Source of the DNA: Trichoplax sp. H2
Lineage: Eukaryota
NCBI GenBank assembly: GCA_003344405.1
Contig: NOWV01000002.1
Location: 1,488,001 to 1,552,000 of the forward strand
Length of the DNA: 64,000 nt
Reading direction: 5' to 3'
Each line of letters begins with the position of its first letter. Positions within the stretch are counted from its first letter, which is position 1. Made by a program: the position numbers and the translations under genes. Below, piece after piece: positions 54,100 through 64,000 of the stretch. Under the pieces are notes generated by a model that made no database searches, was not told where the DNA came from, and was given only the letters and a program-made list of their open reading frames with translations.

Positions 54100-54224
54100 A
54101 TTTCTAATTGACAGACGCATTTGAACCCTTCTCTACACTGAAGAATAGGGAGTTTTTATCTTCGGCTTGCAAGTTTTGATTACAATTTCACCGTCAAGAT
54201 GTATTTCTCTAAAAAACGAAATAC
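54100..54224 (-). pseudogene. Frameshifted fragment of the last exon of the thioesterase-like gene
   Basis: About 90% identical by eye to 49241-49365, with two 1-bp deletions (gcattttg->gcatttg; gccaag->gcaag). Confidence 0.85.
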
Positions 54225-56267
54225 TTAAGATTGAATATGAAGATTGCTTTCTATCGTTGAATGGGTTTTCACTCTATAAGCCAGAGTTAGTAATGATCTA
54301 CATGATTTTTCTAATACTAATGCAATTTTTTCGCCATTAAAGCGGCCTAAAATTATTAATTGTTCATGGTTTACATTGTCCTACTACGATATCGTATAGA
54401 CGAATTTATATTTTATACCCGTAGTTGAACATCATGGAATATGCGTACAAGTTACATTGGTGGGTATTTCCATCTGTATGATTGGATGAATAGTACAATT
54501 TTATTTCATGCAAATGAAATCAGGAAATAAAAGAGAAGCGCATATTATTTACATAATTAGTCGCATAATTATTATGATTTGTTAAGTTTCAAAAAATGAT
54601 AAGGAAGCATGAAGATAAATTATGTCGATAAATGACTTGTTACGGATTAACACTGCATAAAGATTGGTTTGAAGTATCATAGAAACTGTGTTCCGTAGCC
54701 ATTATTAATGTTTCCTATAGGTATCTTGCTTATAAAACAGATCTATTTTATCTAAAATTTAGTATCTTGAGAGTTAGACTAGATCAATATATAAAAAGTT
54801 TTAATTGAGAATCGTACTATACAAAGTATAAATTGAGTTTAAGAAAAGCTTGTAAAAATATTCCGACTAATGTAGCGTCTGTAAAATTTGATTTGTAATA
54901 TGGAAACTACTCTCATCTAAATGGAAAGTCTTTACTAATTTACGTTTATTCGTTAAAAATTCTATAATAATACTAGATGATCTTAATCTTCAAAATGATA
55001 CGAAGGCTAGACTAATTCTCGGAGGGAACTTTAGAAGCTTACAAAAAGGCGCTTAAAGAAGACTTCCTTTCGCTCATTACGTCAGATTTACATGCGCGTA
55101 TTTGTAATTTTTCTTTAAATGCTAGTATTGCTGTGTAAAATTACAAAGAAACTATCGTAAAATTAGACATTGTATAGCTGCATTCCATATCAAGAACACA
55201 ATTGATATACGAGTACAAGTTTGCGATCTGCTGCGTTTATGTCTTCAGCTAATGCCAGTTAGCAGTATGAGTTTAGAGATCAACATAGCTTATTAGCAGC
55301 ATCCACATACATATTGATGACCGTTCAAGGCGGTAATAGTTCATTTTAAGTAAGGGAAGTCTAACTTACTATCAGAATAACAAGCATCATGCGATTGTAC
55401 CTTGACCAGTTAAAAGGAAGCAACTCAGCAGCTCATGACCATTTATTTATTTATTTTTGCTAAGGGAGTTTTAACCTGATATCAAAGTACTTTGTGTCTA
55501 TTTAAAACTCTGTCAGTAGTGCAGCCCTGCATCACCCATGCTTTGGTTTTGATATGATTTAAAATAAATACAAACTATGGAATACCTTGGTAGCAGAGGT
55601 GCTACATTTGCTTAAAAGTATTACTGGATAACTTTAAGAATAAAGGCAACATATACGCATTACATCCATCAATACTTTGCTTTATGACGTTGAATATCCT
55701 ATAAGCTACTCATTAAACTGCAATACAAAGCTGAAATTACAGTATTCATTTTCAAAATAATATTTGAATTATAGTATGGTAGTAATATAGTGACTAGTCA
55801 GCATCAGCACAACCTTTCTGTATGGAATTCTATAATGTAACTTATATAAAATTTATAATCGATTCTTTGATGATTTGTACCAGACGTTATTGAATTAGAT
55901 CTTTATCATAAAATTCGATCAAGAAAATTCAAAATTTGTAGAAATAAGAACCCTATTAGATCTAATACAAAGGTTAACTACACACAGCTCTACTCTAGCT
56001 GAGTACAACTACTAAAAAACTTATAGAAAAAACAAGCAGATAACCTAATGTCGTCTGTTTTTATACTCTCCGCAGCCTTCGCAGATACAATCAGTATAGC
56101 AACATTTTAATTATTTTTATACGTAATCAAGTTATTATTAGTAACATTATTTTACGGAGAATCATTATAAATTCAGTATAGAAACGATTACAGTATTTTC
56201 GTAGACATTATTCCTACCGCTCAAAGTACGATGAACTAACCACACCCTAATATCCCACCCATCCTCC

Positions 56268-57410
56268 CTTGAAACGAGCAGCGCGGGGGTATTTTTATAC
56301 TACTGTTAGATGACTCTGATTATGGGTTCATTTCAATAGGTCAGTATAAGATTCTTGCAGTACTTTTTACCTCAACATTTCTTCATGTAAAACGAATAGC
56401 TCTAAGGCAGTAATTTCTACAGAGTACTGATTTTGAAATAGTATTCGTTATTTCGCTAAGGGTGGCCACTGGGCCTTTAAATTTTGATTTGATGTAATGC
56501 TCTGATAAAAATTGAATAAACATAGAATCTTTATAGTGTTTTCTACACAGCCATTTTGATTGTTACATTTCTTATAACACAACTAACGGTTGTTATCGAC
56601 AGAGCAAGCTTTGCTTGCATACGCAAGCGATCCTTAGACACATTATAATGATTGGTATAGAATTGACCACAGTACTAAGGGCATTATACCGCACTATAGA
56701 TATCTTACAGTACCTGCTAATCTTAACTTGGCATATCCAGCAGCACAGTTCATTAGTTATCATAATGCGCTTTGGATTATTAACTAATCTTAATATAGCA
56801 TAGTACATTACTATTACCGGGATATATATAATATCGAGTGATAATACTATCTGTTAATTTTATTAACAAATTGAGCATAAACGTATATTTGACAGTTTCG
56901 CTTACCAACCTTAACATAGCATTAATACTGTATATAGTAACCATCCTTATTCGGTAAACATACTAATACGAAAGTTACTTAAGGAAATTTGAATTGGTAT
57001 AGAAATGAATGATCTCTAGGGTTTATGTAAATATTATTGACAAGGTATACGTGATTGATACACATTAGCAGGTACTATTAGTTTTATTGCTCTCATGCAT
57101 TTCGTAGTGTTACCCTACTGTAGTTTCCCTGTCCCGGTTATTTTTGATTGCTATATATCATATAACAAAAAGTAGTTCTAAGAGGATAATGTCAGTTAGT
57201 CAGCGATCTGATAGGCGATAGCGAAGTGAACAACGTGGAAATGCACGATCAGTACGTACATTAAATCAATCTGTTTTAAATATAGTAGTACGCAGCCATT
57301 ACCGGGATATATATCTATATAATGTCGAATGGTTATACTATCTGTTAATTATTAACAAGTGGGTACATTATCGTAAACCGTCAGCAAAGCGACGGGAGTT
57401 TGGACTAGTA
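56268..57410 (-). repeat. Dispersed repeat A, copy 2 (inverted), split by ~430 bp of extra sequence
   Basis: Reverse complement of 7358-8055; the ~55-bp segment ATTACCGGGATATATA..ATACTATCTGTTAATT occurs on both sides of the interruption (~56813 and ~57298). Confidence 0.88.
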
Positions 57411-58767
57411 AGACTTACAGTTCTACGGTATTTTTAGCTCTAACCTTATTAGTAGCTCAACATCTTTATATAGTCATCCGTTCTCTAGTATAGGGTCTAC
57501 CATTACAGTCTATATTTATGAGCTACTAAATATATCTTAAGATAAATATAGAAGCGACACTACCGTATATCATACTTAACATGGCTAATAGCCTACAATC
57601 ATGATACTAAGTTACTTTACAATCTTAAATGACGTTATAATATCATCAGGCTCTGCTTATCGTATGCTATTAGAGATTTACTGTTATCGTATACATAATA
57701 TGCAGTACATGTATATCTCGAGAATTTCTTAAATTCACACTCTCATTTGTCAAATAAAGGCAGAATTTATATCTAGCATTTCAGTTTGAAATTGATAAAC
57801 GGCAAAATTAAGTGGTGTTTAGTAAGCAGCAGCTTCTACGTGTTTTATGTATTTTCTGGTTAATACTGACGTCTGATTGGAAAACGTTCAATTACTGGCG
57901 TTGTCGTAGTCCCACGCTATGATACATGGTTATGTAAATTGTAGCTGTATCCAGATATTTAATAACCTAGCTAGCCAAATTATTTGATGGTTTTCTACAT
58001 TAAAGATTAAGTAAGGCGATGTTATCTGAAATACTTTCATTTCTCATATATTGGTAGTAAAGCGACGTTGGTAAGATAGTAACATTAGGATTAGTCCATT
58101 TAAATTTTCATAAAACATTTGCATATATGGCATTTGCTGAGAGTAATGAAAAGCAGCTGCAAGACAAGATAATTACTTTTATATATTTATTATTTAACTA
58201 GTATATTATTCCTATTGTATGTGCTCTATGAAGTAAAACGCTAAGATTAATACGATATCTTAATGTTGTAAAAGCTACTTCATAGATGTATCAGTAATCT
58301 ATTAATAATATGGTAAGGGACAATAACAGCATTTCTATAAGATAAAATTTTAAACATCTTATAACGAGGTAGCTCTCAAGGACAAGAAAGCGCTAGAAGG
58401 AATATTTTTTATCGCACTGAAGCAAAAATTGGAAAAGTAAAAACTCGAAATTATTATTAATGATAATTATTAGTTAGAGGTTATAAGGAATACAAGTTAC
58501 TATCAGCAAGTTTGTGAAGTAAATTAATTTTACACGAATCGATCATTCTATTTTAGAAATAGCGCAGCCCTGAAGTGTCTGAAAGTGTTTCATAAATATG
58601 TATGCATAGGTTAGTCTGGTAGAAATTCTTTTCACGATCTGTAGTAGTAATATTGAAGATACACATTGCTACGAACTGTAGTGGCGACTCATGAAATCTA
58701 TGCTGATATTCATGCTTGACATTTATCAGTCCTTATTATTTACATTTCTTTCCTTTAAATTATCCTT

Positions 58768-61700
58768 TCAGTCGGTAATTGCCTCATCGGGTGGCAGGAT
58801 ATCAATAGCGTAGTGCAAACTTTTGCCAGTAAGCCAGCTAAAACTATTGTCGAAGCAAAGAATATCTGCCAATAAAAGAAAGTAAAATTATTCAAACTGA
58901 GTGAATGTGTATGCGCAAGACAACTGGGTAGAGTAAAATATATGCGCTAGTTTTTAAATTAATTTATTTTATATGGTTGATGATTTACATGTTCCAGCAT
59001 CTTCGCAATAATAATTGCCTTCTTCAAGAATACTTTGACAACTTCGCCGAGCAATAGGGATCTATCAACAACATGGTCTTAAGATTAGATAAACGATCCA
59101 AATAATAAAAACTTTGTAATGTATAGATAGGATATTTATCGCTTTTTTAATTGTCTTGAATTGCCATACTCAATTGTTAATTTATTTGCAACTAGCCTAA
59201 TTTCTGCTCGCTATGTCTTGCAAAATTTTTTACTGAATATATATGCATACTGCTTGTAATATATAATACGCATATTATGTTATTTTTACTCTTCTCCAGT
59301 CTTCTAATTCACTTACCACTTCATAGTTTTCAATTGTTCCGTCTTCATTTTCGATCACTTTGACAACACCAAAGCCAATATTATGATTCTCTGTCTTGAA
59401 CTCCCACCTAAAATAGGTATTAAAAAGTCGGAAATATAAATAGGCCAACATTCTACATATAGAAGTATTTGAGTGGTGATTTAAAAGTATTGTATGAACT
59501 CACTTCATTAAAGTACCAGGAATGTTAATGTCGAATTGTAATTTCAAAGTATCACCTCTAGCAATAGTAACAGTGGAATAATCTTCTTCGGAGCGGTTGT
59601 TTACTTTATTATTGCTCGACCGATAATAAGAGGTAGGTATTTCACCTCCATGGCCAACCTAGCAGTAAGCAATGTATATATACAAATATATTAAATAATG
59701 CACTATAGTATGAAAATGGGTTAATATATCTTTCTATAGTTCTTGATGTTAGCTAAAGTAACTCCTTACAATTGCCGAACATTGTGGATCACCATCGTCA
59801 TCTACCTTGTTACCACCATAAATTTTAGGCAATGATTCGGCATCTAAATGTTTTAAAAGAACTTGCTGGTAGTTACCTAAACGTAAAATCATGCCAAATA
59901 TTAGAAACAGTCAGTAAAAATTGAAAGGGATTAATGTAGTAAAATATGATTTCTAATGAATAGGAACTATTTCAGTTAATGCCATATCTTTACTTCCTAA
60001 TATGCGAATCTTTTCCTTCGTTTTTGGGCTAAGAAAGGGTTTCACGATAGCGTACACAATAAAAAATATTCTTGACGCTAAATAATGGGATTTATAACCA
60101 ATAATTTAGTCACTATGATGAATCGCTAAGCTTTATAGTTACGAAAATATCATCGTGGTTAATAAAATTCCTAATTTGTTTATTGTGATACCATTAACAA
60201 CAAAAACGTCCTTCATAAATTCAGGATAGTTATCTTCGAACATTCCCAATACCTACAGAATTACGGTATGATTAAAACTAAAATTAATGGTGAATGCAAA
60301 TAGTCTTAATCGTGTAATTAACGTATTTGAGCTAGCTACGCATACAGTACTAAGAATAATGCGTCATTTTAAAATATTTAATTAAAGAAATTTAGTAGCT
60401 GCTTTGGTATTACCTTAGCGAAATGGACTACAGCTACAAAATATAAAATATTCATTAATATTAAGCATATAGATGAAATAAAGCATTTTACGATCAAAAA
60501 TTAAATATTCCTGAAAATAGGTTTAAATATACAGTATTCATGCCGTCCACAATACTAATAGTAGCATAACTCTTACCAGGTTTATAGAAATTGCTAACGG
60601 TAAAACCTGACATGTCTTGAATTATAGTCACACCTTCTATTCTTTTGCCATGCTGACCAAGAAAATATCCAGAATATCATAAAACATATACTCATATTTT
60701 AGACAGAAATTCATTCACAACGTTCTTAGGCCATACAAGCTATATTCAGTAGTAATTGCGATATAATTGATAAAAATTATAACGTTCCTACCTTTTGACT
60801 CTGCTCCTGGCACAATTTTGTACCTTCCTCAGCAATGGATAAGCTATACTTTGTTAGTTCTTCTGGTCGAAGTGAATGATAAATACCTAAATAATCAACA
60901 ATTAAGACAAAAAATTCATGGCGGTATTCTAGAATAGTGTGTTCTTGGTAAAGAAACTTAAAATTCTTTATATTAATCAAGATTAAAACTGCATGCTTTC
61001 CTAAATTCTAATATAAAGTATGAATGCGCTCTTATAAACTATTAAAATACTATAGCATTTAACCTTTTAGATCAAATCGTCCAGTACAAAATAAGTATAA
61101 TGGTCCTTTATCTTTATTGTATCCAACATAATTTCCTGGGAAGTACTTTTTCCATATCTAACAAAATCAGAATGTTATTACTTGCGTTGGAGTTTCAATG
61201 GTAATTAAAAGTCGATGTTAAGAAATATTTTATATACAGTATCGATCCTGTTTGCTAATAAGCATGGAATGGGATATATCCGTAGATTTAATGCTATTTG
61301 GCTCGAAATAATCGATGAGACTTTAGAAAGATAATTGAAATTATATTATAGAGTGTGGCGATGTTACCATATCGTTAGAATAGTACAGTAGTAGCTAATA
61401 TGGAAAATATCCATATTCGTAGTGCTAGGTAAGATAAGTAATGCTTAACGTAGACATTAATTGTGATAATTTATTACATATTTGACGTTGATTGTTATTA
61501 TGTGTAGATAGTGGTAAGATGGTTCAAGTTCTAGTTAACGATAATTGAACTAGACAAGATACATGCTTAGATTAAGATTAAGTATGTACCGATAAAAAAA
61601 GCTATGTAGGGAACGTCTTAGTTCGAGATGTCTCTCCTAGTAAGGTATAATAATAATGCTGTTGTTTACAAATTATGCAGTTCCTATATAAACGGGAATA

Positions 61701-63337
61701 TTTGAGATGGGTTGTGTGGTGAAAAGTTGTAGATGTGTCTATGCTAATAAGGGTTCTATCTTTACAGTACTTTGCAGTGTGTGTTTAGCGTTTAGTAAAG
61801 AGCGTTTAAGTTAAGTCAGTAGTTACTTATAAACTTTACTATATGTTTCCTTGTCGTAGAGTATAAATTGTGACATTGAATTATAAAGCATCGCTTCGTT
61901 ATCCTCCTTCAATGAATATACACAGGCTTAAATAAATAATCAGTTTGAGGCTTCTCTACCTCCGGAATGCTATCTTCTGCTAGAACTCTGTCAATTTTCC
62001 ATTCCTTTCGAAACCGGCAATGCTAAAAATAAATTAAAATTACACAATAGATGATTTTATTTCATCGAGACTATAAGTATGCAATTAAAAGATTGCTAGT
62101 TAATTTCTTATAGATACAATTCGATTAGAAAATTATTAAATGAGAAACTAAAATTGTGAAATTTGGTAATTGTATTTAAGATAAAATAATGGAAAGATAT
62201 TTAAATTTGTATAGTATCTTAACTATAATTATGTTATTAAAAGATTGCTAACTAATCTTTATAGACATATGTCGGTTAGTAAATATCAAATAACAAACTA
62301 AAAACAGCGACGTTTGATAATAGCATTTAAGGTAAAATAATAGCAAGATATATTAAATTTTTTATAAAACTATCGTATAATACAGTATCCTTGTCGTTAT
62401 AATCGAAATAACGTTAACCTACAGCAGGCAAAAAATGAGTATGCTATACAGGTAGGAGGAAAATCACCTTGCGCAGCATTTGTTCCGTTTTTTGTAGGTC
62501 GAAATCTCTCGCTAGATAATTTTTTAATCATAAAATTTGATTTATAATATTACTATGTAAAAATTTTCATCATATTTATGTAGTCGTTACAACTTGAAGT
62601 AATTTTCCTATCCTAGTTATTTTACTTAATTTCAATGGATTAGCCGAGACTGAGAATGTATCAGTGGCTACATTCTTGATTAATCAGAATCTACCAACGG
62701 CGACAGATAATAGTTCAATATAGCTAACCTCTAAGCCATCTCAACATGTAATAATCGTCTTCGAGTTCTTCTTGTGTAAGAATGTTTTCAACGTTTTGGC
62801 GAAACTGTAGAAAATGAAACGGTCGTCAAGTACAAGTATATCGTGAATTGATGACAGTTGATTAAAAAGGATTAAACGATATCATTTGAATAAATGGTTT
62901 TATTATGACTTGTTTATGGCGTGTTGCAATTTTTATTAGGGTCTAGTTTAAGAAACTATAAAATGTATTAAGTCGGTTTTCTACAGTTTGCTACAGATTG
63001 ATTTTAAATAAAGCGATAATTGTAAATCAATAATGATAGATGAGATGTTTTAGTAATCAATCTATTTGTCGAAGCAATGGCAAATTAATGAAGTCCTTTA
63101 AAAGTTAAGTTAAGTTATCTTAATTTAATGATTATTACGTCTATTTATGCAATTTATTGAAATGAACGAAAACTTTGTCCTTACTCGCTTTGTAAAGTAA
63201 ACTAATAAAAGCAAATTATCTTCTATATCTCGATTGAAATAACGTATTTTTCAGTAACATTTTAATCTATTATAAAATCTCACCTTATTCAATGTTTCTT
63301 GCTGATACGTGCTCAGATTACCAACATGGCCACTCAT
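58768..63337 (-). CDS. SEC14L2-like protein, paralog 3, 15 exons, ~396 aa
   Basis: Exons 63337-63284, 62804-62729, 62511-62468, 62022-61960, 61157-61064, 60886-60792, 60652-60577, 60433-60414, 60252-60192, 60077-59994, 59876-59770, 59658-59504, 59407-59317, 59061-58989, 58865-58768; all GT-AG and in frame: MSGHVGNLS..DDYYMLRWLRARDFDLQK..EDNYPEFMK..KPFLSPKTKEKI..LPKIYGG..WEFKTE..FDNSFSW. Confidence 0.93.
61362..61875 (+). mobile_element. Probable solo LTR, copy 2, in intron 4 of SEC14 paralog 3
   Basis: TGTTAC...GTGACA termini, CCTATATAAACGGG at ~61683; homologous to 34622-35140. No clean TSD seen. Confidence 0.7.
62072..62360. repeat. Diverged two-copy tandem duplication, period ~153 bp, in intron 3 of SEC14 paralog 3
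   Basis: ATTAAAAGATTGCTA..TATAGA..AAACTAAAA..ATTTAAG.TAAAATAAT repeated. Confidence 0.8.
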
Positions 63338-64000
63338 CTTTTATGACTATGTATCGGATACTCTACATTTAAGGAAAACATGTAATTGACGATGAGCAAA
63401 TGCATTAAATAATAGCTTCTCTATTTCTGATGATAAGTCAGGTTGTGGCATTAAACTGTATCATCGATAGATGGACGTATAAAAATTGTGTTATTTCTAC
63501 TATCGTAAATGACGTATAGGAGATGTTGGTTCAATTATTTCATTCTTTATCCGCAGCAGCGTGTTAGATGTAAATAAATTTCCTTGGATAATAGATAGCT
63601 TGACATGTAAGGTAATAATGTTAAAACAAATTACATTCGTATAACTTGAGGGTGAAATAAAAAAATGAAGCAAATTCTAACTATAGAAAACATATCAGTG
63701 AGTATGATGGAATGTATAATAATCGATTAAAAATATCTCGGTCAAATTTAGAATGAAAAATTGTGTTTGAAGCGATTAGTTATAGAAATCTCTAGACTGA
63801 TAATAAACAAATGCCTTTGACAAATGATATTGTGAAAATGAATTAGACATATATTTTTGGTTAGATAAAATAATGAAATTTAGATAACTATCACTATTAG
63901 AATAACAATTTTATCTAATTGTTTAAAATACTTAATTTCTAAATTTTATTTTGTAATCAAAATGATTAGCTATGTTACAATTGACAAACTCCTATCAGGA

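Overview
AT-rich eukaryotic (animal) genomic DNA with short GT-AG introns and five N-gaps. The compact introns, intronless LGR-like GPCRs and composition are consistent with a placozoan such as Trichoplax (inference, not verified). Genes read from the sequence: two intronless rhodopsin-class 7TM receptors of LGR/RXFP type without an ectodomain (5137-6198, 21759-22883, +); three intact 15-exon SEC14L2-like (CRAL-TRIO + GOLD) paralogs on the minus strand, each with a 20-nt micro-exon; and between paralogs 2 and 3 a spliced gene apparently encoding four tandem hotdog folds of acyl-ACP thioesterase type, plus a pseudogenic fragment of it. The 10-15 kb region contains a cluster of LTR-retrotransposon insertions (tRNA-Leu PBS, TG..CA ends, 4-bp TSD), where the assembly appears to have laid two haplotypes end to end. 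Other features: solo LTRs, a 700-bp dispersed repeat, a 71-bp near-perfect hairpin, and a TF-site-dense noncoding block. Exon models and identity values were derived by hand.
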